Shown here one piece after another: positions 38,851-52,679 of a DNA stretch of 64,000 nt. A program made the position numbers and the translations under genes. The stretch is from NCBI RefSeq assembly GCF_036321535.1, contig NC_087436.1, positions 35,404,001 to 35,468,000 on the forward strand, read 5' to 3'. The DNA comes from Camelus dromedarius (Eukaryota). Each line of letters starts with the position of its first letter. Position 1 is the stretch's first letter. The notes under the pieces are model-generated. The model was not told the origin of the DNA and made no database searches. It worked only from the letters and a program-made list of their open reading frames with translations.

Positions 38851-41800
38851 GTGTATGTGTGTTCAAAACTTTCTAAATCTAAGGAAAAAAAGAGTAGACG
38901 TTGCAGATTGTAGCTATTCTGATAATAGGAGAGGGGTGTGGCTAAGACAGGACATCTATGTGACTTTTTGTGAGACTCAACAAACAAAAACTTTTTAAAG
39001 TAAAATATATTTCAACTACTAGATGTGTTCTTCAACTTTTTTCTAAATTAAATAATGGGAGAAATTATTTAAACAAATAATTTTCATGCCCTATTTAACA
39101 CATAAAATGAAAATAACCACCCCTAATTTGCCATTTTTGTGCATTGAATATGAATCTGAAAGATACATACAATATGCTTCCAAAAAATACACACAAACTG
39201 TGTAGCATGCCATCAGGCTTGCCAACTGCTAAGGAACTTGGTGCTATCAGAGCCACTGATGTGGTTGCACAGGCTGGTCACTGACCAAAGGCACCAATCA
39301 AGAGGAAAATAAGAGATGAGATCCAACCCACCCTTTGCTCACCAAGCCAGCTTCCCTGGTGCAAAGCTATGTCTACTCAGAGGAAGGGGCAACAGTTTCC
39401 AGCTTGCACAAATGAGTCATGTAGCCCCAGATGAAGCTTCAGAGGGTAAGCATCAACATCCTGGGTCTGGTTCATAATGTTGTGTGCAGTGATCATGCCA
39501 GTGAGAAAAACTGTCTGAACTACACATTAAAACCTCAGACTAATATAATTCACAAGAGACTGTATATAATCGATATTTTTTTTTTTTACTGGAGTAACAT
39601 AGAGTAAAAAATAAAACTGCCAAAAAGACAGGATACTCAAATCTTCTGTAGTTTTTCTTTTTTAAGTAGCAAGTGCACAGAAGTCAAATTACAATCTGAA
39701 GATGATCCTAGAACTGGATAAAACGGAGGCAGTCATATATTTTCATGTTAATGGTAACAAGTATCTCTTTCGAGAAGTATGCTGCTCCATAGGTGGAAGC
39801 ATTTCCCTCATGCTCTGTGCTCTCTCTGATTGATACAGCCAACCCACAGCCCCCGTATCTACCAGTTCTTTACTGACCAATCCCCTCCTGACAGACATCG
39901 CCTCTTCAGATCTATTAACATCATCTCAGAGCCTTTCCCTGAGTCATAAACCAACTAAATTTCTAAGTAGCAACAAGAATCCATGCATTTTAAAGCCCTT
40001 AGTACAATCCATCACAGATGTAGACTTTCTTCCCTGGGTCACTGAGATGATCTCCAATATCTGACTTAAACCTTAGGCTGCTACATTTATGAGGTTTCTC
40101 TCATACAGGAATTCTATAATATCTGTGGATACTTAATGTCCAGGTATTTTATGTATTGAATGTTTACAGCAGTTTTACTCATGGGATATCTCTGACTAAT
40201 AATATCTTGTAACGTATAGTTGCAAAGTCTCCTAAATTTACCAGGACCAAAGGGTTTCCGTTTCTTAGTACATCTGATATAGCTATTTCAAAGGAAATTG
40301 CTCTGACACAGGAGCTTCTAGGTACCATTTTCCCCCTTGAGAAAATTCTGCATACATATTATTCTTTCTTCCATATCGAGTTGCATCTGAGTTTTGGGGT
40401 GGGGGGAGGTTGCTATATTTTTGTTTTTAAAGGAATTGGACTCTCTGAGAAAGCCACATGGAATTTTCCTTCAGAGACCTGTCTTGTCATTCCTAGGAAC
40501 TATGTACTTGTAAATTTTGATATTTTAAGTCCTCAACCCTTCCCCTTAAAGTCACGCAGGGTCTACATCTAGAAGTCTACACAAAGTTTTCCTACCCTTG
40601 ATACGGTTCAAGCCTTCATGGTCTAGATCTCTGGGATGGTCTTCATAAATGGTCCCATGTAACAATCTCTCAAACATCTGAAAGGCCTGGTCTTTCCAGC
40701 ATAAAAGTTTTCCATCTTCTAAATGTGCTCTCTCTCCCATAACTATTATGTAGACCTATTATGTAGAAGTATTTGAGTTTCTCCACAGCTCTCCATTCCC
40801 CAGAGCACACATGTACACTAAAATCTGAGATAGTAAGACTGAGAACATCCTTAAAAGAAGAGAAGAGCTAAGAGACAAAATGATTAAAGCAAAAGACATC
40901 CTTGCAGATTGTTCTTCTACAACTGTGGGGTTTGATACAGCAGCCGCTTTTAGGATCCCTTTCTTTCTTTCTCTGCAGATTTAATCCCTTAAAAGAAACT
41001 CTTAATGGTACGTGGATGTGTTGTAGTAATGATAATACCTTTCTCTCTTTTCCTCAGGAAGGTACCACTTAAGGTATTATAAATTCCTGGCATCTATGTG
41101 ATGGGTCTCTATGAAAGAAATAAGCCGTAAGAAAAACTAATAAGCTATTCCATTAAAGAAAATTACATATATATGACATTTATCAAGTGCTAAAATAAGC
41201 AATACATTTATTTTTACAGCAAAGGATAACAAGAGAAAGAAGAAAGAAAAACTGGAAGGCGAAAAAGGAAATAGGAGAGGCAAATGAGATACAGAACTGT
41301 ATTTGCAAAATATTTTTCTCCTTTGCTTAATGAAACAGTAGGTTCAAACCTTGCCTTCCCCACCCCTCCTCCTGCTTGTCTTACAACTTTTTTGTTATTA
41401 AGAGTGACTCCTTTAACTAACAAAATTCCCACTCAGTAGCCACCTCTGGTACATGGCAAATACCTGACTCAGTGCTATTATACCTGTCCCCAAAAGCTCA
41501 AAGCAGGTTCAAATTTACATAAAAGCTATTTGCTAGACGTAGAGATGAAAAACATATTTAAGCAACATAGGTATTTTTTTTTATTTAAGTTGGCTCTTAG
41601 TGCTCGTTTTTAATAATGTTCATCACAGGAGCCATAAAACTAACAAATTTAGAACAATCCCACTCAATAAAAGAGAGTTGAATTTAGCACCTCAATGTTA
41701 TTGCCTGAAAAATAACAATTTTTAATTAATAAATAAATTTCCAAACCATGTGTGACTGTGTGTAGTCACTCATTACGAGAGATCCAATTAACCTTCTGAG

Positions 41801-43336
41801 GCTTAGGGGCCAAATGACTTTACCAGAATATACAGTAAAAGCGTATTGCAAAAATTTCACTGATTCGTCTTACAGTCCTTTAAAATTTAGGCACAAGTTG
41901 ATTTTCCAGACATTAGTGCAAATGTATATTCCATCTTTTCAGTGAAATTAGATCCTTTTTCCTGGTACACCTAACTCCATGACCAGTTCTAGACAGAGGT
42001 ATAAAATGCCCATCTTAGGACACTGCAAAGTGAGATGGTGTATATTTTGCAGGGCAAGGTACTCAAAACAGTGGTAATCACACCGCCAAGACCAAAAAAC
42101 CTCTGAGTTGGACTTTTAGGAAGAAGCCCCTTTCAGAGATGACTGTCTCCATTCTAAAGACATGGGTTGAAACATTTGTTTTATATAAAACTGCTTGTAA
42201 AATTGGTCTAATTAAACCTCAAGATTGTGTCTGCTGGAATGTAAGCTATCACACGTAGTGATATTCAAACACAAACACAACTTACAAAGTTTTCAGCTTG
42301 GGCAAATAGGAATTTTTTAAAATATGAATTAATACAGCAAACCCAGCAGCAAATGTTATTACAGTATGATTAAAGAAGAAACATTAATATAGTTCAATGG
42401 ATACAGCACATATAATCTTCCAGGATCTGGCCCCTGCTAGCTCTGCAAACTCCACCCCCACCTCCCCTCCCAGCCCAGCTCCCACCACCCCCACCCCTCA
42501 TGCTGTCACACGGTGCTCCAACCAAGCACACCTGTGTCACATGCAGCCTCCAAAATCTCCTTGATCCTGAAATTCGTATAAACTGATTTCTCCACCTCAA
42601 ATCTCACCTCCCCACCCCCATTCTCCAAACTTATTCTCACAGTTCTTCCTTTGATTAATTCCTCCTTGTCCCCTCAAAATGTACACAGGCTCTAAAACTG
42701 CCAAAAATGGACATGGCATTAAAACAAACATCTTTTTTAGCCTCTTTGAGGCACTCTCATATCCTGCTTTACATTACAGGATTTGGCTTTGCACAGATCT
42801 CCGTTTGGGTAAATGAACAAATAAATGGTCTTGCCTGCTAGCAGAAAAATTCATTAAATTCCCAAGACCTCTTCTAGTACATTTCATTTCATACTAAATA
42901 TTTCACCCTGAGTATCATATTGATATTCTAGTAGTCAAACTTACTATATTTTCACCATCTAGATTATGTTTCATTTCCAAAGAAGTGTCTAATTTCATGG
43001 CTTGTGGCACATTTGATTTGTTACTTAAGCAAACAATAATGAACAAGTCACCGTCTCCCTGCATCTTAAATTCATAGAGTAATGTTAACTGAAATTCCTA
43101 GAGAAACTAAACAAGAAACTATGTATAATAAATCCTCATGCTTTTGTTTTCAACAAGTAGCCAAACTTAAGAAAGTACTGACAACTGATAAGTGATGTAG
43201 AAAATAAAAAGATGAGTCATTTTTATTCTGGCTTTATCCTTATAATGATCATTATCAAACTGTAATTTCAATTATATTATTGCTCTTTTATGTTAGGTTT
43301 GCTAACAACAATCCTGCTCATAATTTTTTCCACTAT

Positions 43337-43712
43337 AAAGATCACTTATATGTGGAATCTAAAAAAAAAAAAAGACACAAATTTATTTACAAAACATAAA
43401 GAAACTCATGGACATAGAAAACAAACTTATGGTTACCAGAAGGGAAGGGGGGCAGGGAGGGATAAACTGGGAGTCGGAATTGGCAGATACAAACTACTAT
43501 GTACAGAATAGATAAATGGCAAGGTCCTACTGTATAGCACATGGGACTATATTCAATGGCTCATAGTAACCTGCAATGAAAAAGAGTATGAAAAAGAATG
43601 TGTTTGTGTCTGTGTATAAATATATAACTGAATCACTATGCTGTACACCAGAAACTAATACCACATTATAAATCAACTTTTTACTTCAATTTAAAAAATG
43701 GGGGGAAAAAAG
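43337..43712 (+). mobile_element. L1 3' end
   Basis: atcacttatatgtggaatctaaaaaa...gacatagaaaacaaacttatggttacca...gaatcactatgctgtacaccagaaactaa. Confidence 0.9.
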
Positions 43713-45004
43713 ATATTCAAAGATATTCAAAACCACACTTGGAAGTAGTGCGACAAGCCGTGTACCTTCAGTGTGAGAGAAGCAAGTACTGCTGTGTTGT
43801 AACCCGAGAAATAACAGACTCACTTCTCTTAAAACTTAAACACTGAAATAGTGGGCCTGGGTTCATGAAGTGGACCTCTTTAACAAAGTTTCTTCCCCTT
43901 TAAAGTTCTGACACCTCTAAGCGTGCCCTCATTCCTGAACACGATTCTTCTGCGCTGGGATCATCGGTTCCCATATTAAAAAACAAGAGAACAAAGCTGA
44001 AAAAGAAAAAGGAAAGGGCCGTTCCTCACTTCCAGGACCCAGGCTTATCTCAGCAGCCTCCTATTTTTAACCAGATTGCAAATGGTATCCCTGATCAAAG
44101 GCCCAGAGCCCTGGAGGAACTTGGGCAAACAGCACGCAGCAGAATGCTTCCTGATGATCTGTAAGCAGGAAAGGACTTTTGACATGAAAGACAGCTTACG
44201 CAGCACAAGAATAGCCACAAACCAGCTGTAAAATGCTTAACGTTGCCCTTGAACGAATGCAAATTGTTCCAAATAATTTTTCCTTTTTTCACAGCCTCTG
44301 GAAGCCCCGCTGGGGCATTTAAACAGCCACATGCTCAGTATACAAAAGCTTCTCCAAGTGGGAAAATACGGTGTACTAATGTGTTTAGAATAAGGGAACT
44401 GAGCACATCCACAGTTCACATTTGATGCCTCCTTTTCCTTTTGTTGGGGAATAAGTTCATTAATGACAGACTTGTTTTGGATACTAACTAAGCTTCCAAT
44501 GTTTTGGCTTAGGAATACTTATTTAACCACTGAAGTGGTTGTTAATTTAAAAGGTAAATGTGTAACTGAGTCTTAACCTAGGACTGTTCATGCCACTGGA
44601 ATGTATATTTACCTAAAGGTTAAGAAGTACAGTGCTTACTTTTCTTTTTGTTTTCTTTTAGACAAATATATATTATAGAAATGCAATGAATACTATGAGG
44701 TTTATATATCTTTTCCACTATAAGTCATGAGAATAGTATTATTATCTAATATTTCATATTTGCATAGTTACAAAACACTTATCTATATATGAATTCATTT
44801 ACTTCACAAAAAGGCTCTCAAATACATTAATGTTCTTCCACATAATCCTTCAAATAAAGAGGTAAAACAAAATGATCCCTCTCAATAATGATGCCTGTCC
44901 TAATCAATTATGTTCATTCTTCATTTAAACTAACAGATTAAAAAGAAACCTCTTAATACTTCATTATTTTAAAATCACATTGTGTAGTTTAGAAAACTAT
45001 ATAC

Positions 45005-46549
45005 CTACAGTTAAAAGATATGCTTTATTTTGCAAGAGAAAATTTACCTTCAAATAATTTGACAATTCACTAATAAAAGTTAGGCAGAAGGGTGTATTTA
45101 AAAAATCAAACAAACAATTAAAAAAAAAAAACCTTTAAAGTTACTTTGATAGATACAAATACACTGTACTTGACAGAGTGGGTGTGTTGCTTCAATATTA
45201 AATTTAAATAAAATATTTATGAATCAAAACATATAAATTATACTTTATAACTAAACAATAGACTATGCTATCAAATTCTTCTGTAAAGAACATCTTTCTG
45301 TAATAAATTATTGCCTTAACCTTATTTATTAAGTCTACATTTTCACATTTGTCTAAAAATAATAAAATCATTTGAGATGGTTACTTTGTGGTCTCAAGTA
45401 GAATAAATATCCCCACAAAACCATGTTCTGTATATATATATAGTATAACCAGGGAAGAAAAATATCCCTCTACTCAAATATCAAAAATCACTTTAAAAAT
45501 TAATGTTTTAAAGCAAACATGCATGGAAAAGAGAACTTTTCTACAGTAATACGCAGCTTAAAAATATTTGTTTAGAAGCATTGTACTGGAGACTTCTGAT
45601 AGGGTCAGTGATATTATATATTAAATTTCTAAGTGCTTTCTGTGAAAGTAGTCGTTATCAAAACTAGTTGCTTTTTCAAGCAGAGAAAAGTGGTACTTTT
45701 TAAAATAAGTACTTATTTCTTTAATGTCATGCAAACCTATAACATTTATTAGTAAGAGTATAGTATGCATTAAAATCTAATCCCCATTCCCCCCGAGATT
45801 TATTTCATATTATACTCTGTCTTTATTTTTATAATAATAAATATGGACGCAGTGAGTACACAAAGCCTTACTGTGCTTCGTTGGGGAACCAGCTAGACGA
45901 CTAGCACAATTGCTGTGATTTTAAACCATGTTTTACTTAAGACTAATTTTTCATCAGTGTTAGAGGTTAATAACACTGTTATTTCCTCTATTACCTGGAT
46001 TTAATAAAAGCAGTGGGGCATAACATTCTGTAAAGCCAGGCAATAAGAGGAAATAACACAAATGTTAACCTCTAACATAAATGTAACGGTAATTACTCCA
46101 GTCTAGTTTTAAAATTAATGCCTTTGGTAGTGTCCCAAGTGGCCGGAAAAAAAAAAAAAACCCCACCTCTCTCTCCTCAGAGTTCTAGCAACCCCAAGAT
46201 CCAAGGTCAAGGGCAAATTATGCCATCAGTTTACATGCTTAACAACAGTTGTGCACCACATCAGCCTTTAATACAGGAGCACATTATATTAAGAGTAACA
46301 CATTGTTATAAAATAATAAAACTGTAATTATAAATCAGCTAAACTGAAATTGCATATTGAAAATGTTATTTAACCCCAAAAAATGCTGCAATACAGAAAA
46401 GTTGATCCATCTTCTCATGTGTCAAAAATAAAATCAAGTTACACAATAAGGTAGGTAAATTTCCAAGTTAAATACGTAAGAAAGGGAAGCATGCAAAACG
46501 GTTTCATCTCTACCTAACCGGTACTTTTTAAAGGGGCACTTCAGTTTTA
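45005..46549 (-). other. Probable 3'UTR of the minus-strand gene
   Basis: Follows the TAA TAA stop. AU-rich, with no recognised interspersed repeat. Minus-strand AATAAA at 45024-45029, plus others at 45325, 45745 and 45822. The 3' end is inferred. Confidence 0.6.
45958..46077 (-). repeat. Long imperfect inverted repeat (~45-bp arms)
   Basis: tgttagaggttaa/ttaacctctaaca (13/13), tgttatttcctct/agaggaaataaca (13/13), attacctgg/ccaggcaat (8/9). Confidence 0.95.
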
Positions 46550-46606
46550 TTACAAGTCAGCTTTGTCTTCCATAGCAGCAACTCGTGTCAGCAGCCTCTT
46601 GGCAAA
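46550..46606 (-). CDS. Terminal coding exon of an unidentified gene: FAKRLLTRVAAMEDKADL*
   Basis: Acceptor ctaacaacag|TTT, phase 0, tandem TAA TAA stop, followed by UTR-like sequence; in frame with the 49.0 kb exon. Confidence 0.75.
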   Translation of the reverse strand, partial: FAKRLLTRVAAMEDKADL

Positions 46607-49009
46607 CTGTTGTTAGCAAGTTTGAGGTTAATTTCTATTAATTATCTCAGATCCTCAAGCCCTGCCATGTGTTCACTGAAAACCAAATTTCGGATTTCAG
46701 TTTTGCAATTCTGTGAGGCCTATCTACATTTTGTAGGTCCACCAAGGACAAGCATGCCAAGCTTCCATTTTTCCCACACCACCACTCATCACAGGCTTCA
46801 GCCGTCTATTATTCCCTGTCATCTTTTCATATTCAGTTTACAAAAGCAAAAATGTGCCTCCAAGCTGTTGATGACCCAAAGTTTGTTGGACTCCTTTCTT
46901 AATAAATTCCTTCTGTATGTGGATCTTGTCACTCATCTCTTGTATTCATCAAGGCATGGGCACTTGGTGGCACCCCAAAATGTTTACTGACTGATACACT
47001 GACTGATATGCAATAGTGGAAACAAGAGGGGAAGATCTTTGTTCCAGCTGAACTAGACAAGCCCTACTACATCGTGTAGCAGAAACCTAATTCCTGATCC
47101 ACTTCTTGTCTCATAGACTGTGACTGTCAAAGTGTGAGCATGAATTTATCTTGTCCTCGGATAACTGGCAGGTAGGGTGAGGACTACCATGATAACTAAT
47201 TCTTTTAAAGAAAATTCTGATCAGCATGGCAAATATAATTATGATGACAATGTCATTTAAAAAGTACCTATCAGCTTCATCTTTGGAGAACTTGAAATCT
47301 TAATCACCCTATAAACTACTGGGAGGGAAAAACTTCAAACAGGCTTACAGGAAGTTTCAGAAAGGGAAATGGAAAATGTGACTGATGAGAAGGATCTTCA
47401 GTGGCCCAGAGCCATGAACAAGGTCACTCAAATAGACAGAAGGCCCTCCTCAGGTGTGGTCCCTTTGTTGTGTATTTACACTGGCTCCTGTGTTGAGAGG
47501 AGGCCTCCACGGTCCTGAAAACTGCCAAAAACCCCTGGCTGAGCGCCGCAATAAACACGGTCTGTGATGATAACCTCTGGTGCACTCCACATGTACCCGG
47601 ATCGTCTGCGACCTTCACTCCCCTCTGCAGCAAGTCAGAATAACATTTGCAGTCCATCGACTTGGGGACACGGGGAGCAATGAGAGCAGCACAAAGGGCG
47701 AGTGGTGAAGAGAAGCAGAGGGACACAGCTCATTGTTTGCAAAGAGTGGGCCAGGCTCACAGCCAGCCAGACCGCTCACCAGCTCTACTATCAGCTGATG
47801 AGTTAACCTCTCACAGTCTCCTCACTCATAAAATTAGAATCAAAACTGCAACTACCTCAAAGTCAATAAAATGACCTACATAAAGCAGTGATTACTATCC
47901 AGTAATTATAATCCTGCATGGAAGGCTCACTAAAACCATCAGGAAATCAAAATTGCAGTAGCAAATGCTGCTATACAAAGTTGCACATTTATCTTTTATT
48001 ATCCAAACCAAGAATTCTAGAATAAGTTACCTGATTTAGAAAAGTCCAGAAGAGCACGTGCTTACATTATAACATCTCAATACTACCCACTCTTAAAAAA
48101 GAAGTTGTATCTGATACTGCTCCCACTAAGAAAATGCCCCTCACCTAATGAACTGCCAATAACTACACGTTTGAAGAAGGAACAAGGATTAACAAATTGT
48201 AGTTTCCTCTTAAAAATTTTTCTTGGATGGAAAGAAAGTAAAATTTTCTTTTTTTATTACAAATATTCAACTCTGTATGTATATTTGACAATATAATGAA
48301 ACTTATCAAAATAAACAAAGACAAATAAAACATGGTCTCAATGCCTGCAGAGTTCAGAGGCTAATGAAAGAAAAATCACATGCATAAATAATTATAATAC
48401 TAACCTATGCTATAACAAAGGTGTTTCAAAGCTTCTGGAGTACAGAGTCGAAAGGATAAGTAGGGATTCATAGTAAAACTGAAATATTTCCTGGACCTAG
48501 AAAGATGACTTGGGCCAGAGGAAAAAACAAATTTTCTGAATGTCCTGAATGGATATCCTTTTGTATGCTGACTCTAGGAAGCTAACCAAATACATGGCTG
48601 ACTGTTCCCACAACAAGAATTACCCAAATGATGGTAAAAAATTGCCCCACACATTCCACCATTACCGTGACTGAGTATCCAGAAGGAATTTCCAAGGGAA
48701 AGATTAATGCTTGCTACCTTCACACAGTTTAAAAACTATTTAGAGCAAGAGCCATTCCTTATTCAGCTTTGTATTCTTTGGCACGTAAAACAAAAATTGT
48801 TGTCGGCCACTTAAAGGGCTGGTCTCTCGGTCAGAAACCAGAATTCCCTTAGCTTTGTGGCATGTGCTCTGAATCCAGAAGTTAATCCCCACCAGTCAGA
48901 ACTACCTCTCACCTTTGGGGAACAAATCCTTGTTTTAGGAAGACTTCCCTGGGGATCAAGTTATCCCATCAACAACTAGCGACTTTCTTATGAATAAAAT
49001 AGTCCTTAC

Positions 49010-49096
49010 GTTTGTTGGTCCCTCATTCTTGTAAAGCTTGTTAATTCTGAGAAACTCAGGACTTTCCCCCAAATTAACATCCATTTTCTTAAGGCT
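49010..49096 (-). CDS. Penultimate coding exon: SLKKMDVNLGESPEFLRINKLYKNEGPTN
   Basis: Acceptor atcttcttag|AGC, donor AAC|gtaagg, 87 nt, phase 0-0, open frame. Confidence 0.75.
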
Positions 49097-51293
49097 CTAA
49101 GAAGATATGGTGATGGTTGATGCCATTATGTTATTTAAATTCCGTTAAATGCCAAATCCATTGTTTTATATAAACACATTAATTTTTATCACTCAAGCTA
49201 CAGAAATCAAGAGGCATTGCTCTATTTTAAGATGTTATAGTGGGCAAGAGACAATATCAAATGAGGTGGCCCATAATCAGGATGCGATTGCCTGGAAAGA
49301 CGTCTAACTAAAACAGTATAAGAGATAATCTTTGAGAAATTAATCATTGATGGACTTTGTGCTATGTATTTCAGCTTAAGAGCCTGTCTAATCCTAGGAA
49401 ACTTCTAGTTCAGGAAGATTAAAGTCATTCTAGGTCTCACTGTTTTAAGCATTTGGCTGCAGTCTTAGAAATCTGCTCGAGGACCTCTGTCCTAAAGCTG
49501 TTCATTTCTCTGAACGGGATGGACAGGATTTTGCAGTCTGGAACAGTCTGCAATCAGAGCCCAGTCTTTCCTAGTTGACTGCTTAGCAACCAACTAGGAC
49601 CCAAAGGATATGGACTAAAGGCACTTAGAGTTTCCTAATTAAGGCTGCTAATAACAGAAGCTTTCTATATACAAAGCTTAAAAAGAGGAAGAGGCAACTG
49701 GAGATGATTTAAAGATAAAGCAGGACATTTCAATGACTCACCCATTACCAAAAGTTGTATTAACTCTAGACAGAGGCTTTGGCAAATACTAACCTCCTGA
49801 CCTAAAAAAAAAAAAAAATTTAGCTATATGAGCTTAAAATCAATTACTGTACGGGAACAATTTAGCTATATATAACTATTATGCACAAGCAGCATTTGTG
49901 GATCAATAATTTACTAGAAAGAATTAGAGAGGATATTTGCCCTACGGGCTTAGAATTTAAAAGTTAAAAAGCAAAATAGGTACTTTTAAGGATTCAGAGT
50001 GGTTGAATGATTCATATTTGTTTTGTGTATGGAACAGAGATGATATTTTCATTTCCTATTTTCAATTCATTTGAAAAGCTAAATGCTTTGTAGTGGTGCA
50101 AGGACCACTGTAAATACATCCAGTCAACAAGGCCATAGAAAGACACAGCCACCACTGGTATAGCGTCCTCTAAAGTGAAATTTGAAAATAATAGAAAATT
50201 AATTCTGATCAGTATTGCTAATAGAACAATAGCAGCTCATCCTGACGCCACTGTCCTAGGTTTTCCCGTCTCCCCCAGCCAGCAGATGAGTCAGCCCAGA
50301 GCAGGCATCCAGCTGAGGCAACTCTGGAAATAGAAGAACTCATAGCTACAAAATACCATTGTGAGACCTTAAATCTATATTATTCTTTAACTTTAAAAAA
50401 CAAAAAGAAAGAAAACGGAAACAAAAGTTTCCCTGTTAGTAGTTTCCCGTAATCGCCTTAGTAACACTGAGACAAAGGGGATCTCAGTTATGTTACAGAT
50501 GAGGAATAAAAGTCTCCACGAAATTCCAAGACCTAATAAATAGAAACCTTAGAACTAAAACGGATGTCCTTCAACCTGAAGCCAAAAAAAATCTTCCTGC
50601 TCTACAAACCACATGCCATCTTGTTCATATTCCTAAGTTCGTGGGCAACTGACTTGATTTGCTTTCTCTTTGCAGATGTTTCATGGAATTCCTCTGTTAT
50701 TTAAAACAAATGTATTAAAACCTTGGTTAAAGCCAGATAGAGGAAACCTGAAAGCTATTCTGCATCTGTTTTTGTTACACATGGTAACCAAGGAGACAAA
50801 AACACCCACAGGCCCCACTTCTGCTACTGCTAGTAGTTGAGTGTCAGTGTTTTATGGCCTTGACGGCCATATTTGATTTTTTTAAGAGACAGAAAATAAA
50901 CAAAAACTCTATGTACCGTTTCCTCTGTTTGCAAGAACTGTGACCTTTGACTCTTATAAATCTATTCAAAGCCAAAGTCTGGAGATTGGGTGTTTCAGGA
51001 ATGTTCAAGATATAGCTTGAGATTTATAGAACTGCAAACTTTTCTTGGCTTTTCTTGGCCCGTTTTATTTGATAAAACTTAACTGGTAAACAAAGTGGCT
51101 GCACATCCTCTACAAAACGTCCATTAGGTTATCTTGCTTTATACCAAACTAGAGTTTGTTTGCACAAAGAATTAATGAGAGGGGTTACTGAAGGACTTTA
51201 GTCTCTTCTTTTCTTCCACTTGGACAGACTGTTTGCAATACCAGCACTAATGAATACAAATAAAAGTAACTGACATTCTAATGTATAACTCAC

Positions 51294-51313
51294 TTTCAGG
51301 GAGTCTAGCTCCA
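51294..51313 (-). CDS. 20-nt coding microexon: (L)ELDSLK
   Basis: Strong acceptor ctttttctgttttaacag and donor AAA|gtgagt; phase 1-0 bridges the flanking exons exactly. Confidence 0.55.
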
Positions 51314-52679
51314 CTGTTAAAACAGAAAAAGATGTTTCTTTTAAAAAGTCCTGTGAGGAGTTTGATGTTAAGACAGTTGAAATTTCTATCAGAGTGTATA
51401 AAGTCCATGGTGTTCACTAGCACTGAGCTAGATCTCAGGGTCTTGAATAACGCAATTTCCTTAAGAGTGTTTCAGCCTTCCTATTTGGAATGCGGCCCTA
51501 TAATTAACGCTGTATGTTGTATCTTCCATAATGAACGTATCATTGGTGTTTAAATTAGCTGGAATTAACATAATACATTTCTGTGTCTAGAAACATTTCA
51601 AGTTCAAAAAGCCTCAACATCTAATACTTCAAAATACATTTTAAGAATTTATCATTAGACCAGAACACTGAAGCAGTGTTGCTTGCTTGGCATAGACAGT
51701 GGCAGCGCTGACCTTTCTGGCTGCAACTGTTTCCTGAAAACAGAGGTAAAATATCTTACTCCCATCTCTGGGTGTCATCCTAAAACCTCACTTGACAGCT
51801 AGCCACTCTGGCCCATCCCTGATGGCAAAAGATTTCTGACTCCCCTACCTTATCAGAGCAGCAGTTTCCAATTCATCGTGCTTGCATTCCAGAGGGTCAC
51901 AAGATGGACCTTTTATATTCATTTTTAATTTAAAAAATAGGAAAGCAACTAAGTTTACTAATATTTAATATACAGATTGAAACTGGCTCCATCATTAAGC
52001 CTTTGGGTCAGAGGGACTTAGGGATTATATTATAGTAAATTTCATGATGGTATTATATTGAGTAGAAAAATATTTATCACTGTTTGTACTAAAATGGGGA
52101 TTGACATGAAAATCTTAAGTATCATAAAGAGACTGGTCATCTCACAGTAAAGTTTTTTAAAAGTTGGAGAATCTGAAGATTAGTTACATGTTTTCCTCTT
52201 ACTAAAAAAAAAAAGGTTCCAAATTTTTGAACTTTTCTATAATTAAAAATGCCTGCTTAGCAGTATTTAAACACACACACACACACCCTTAATATGTCCC
52301 AGTGTAAAAGCACTTTTAATAAGAAGTGAGAAAATGATTGTTTTGGAAAATAATTCCTGCTATCAAGACAAAATTTTGAAAACAGATATTTGGCAATGTT
52401 TTCATCATTATGCAACTTTGTTACTGAAAACAATTTGTGTGTCAATTATAAAATGATCATCTGCACGCTTTGAAAATTAAATGTTGTACATTTTATAGAA
52501 ATACATGATATGTGTTAATTCGCATTAATGTTTTATTTAGTGTTTGCATCTATGCTTATAAAAGGATTGGCCCATATTGCACTCCTTCCTCTCCATCTCT
52601 CTCTGACTTTCGTGAGTTGGAAAACTTCCCTATTCCTCAGTTTTTGAAAGTGTGCCCCAAATAGATGTTCTCTCTCCTA

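Noticed and set aside
50917..50961. Possible phase 0-0 exon IYKSQRSQFLQTEET
   Set aside because: Weak donor (gtacat) and mediocre acceptor; not needed for frame continuity. It cannot be excluded without a homology search.
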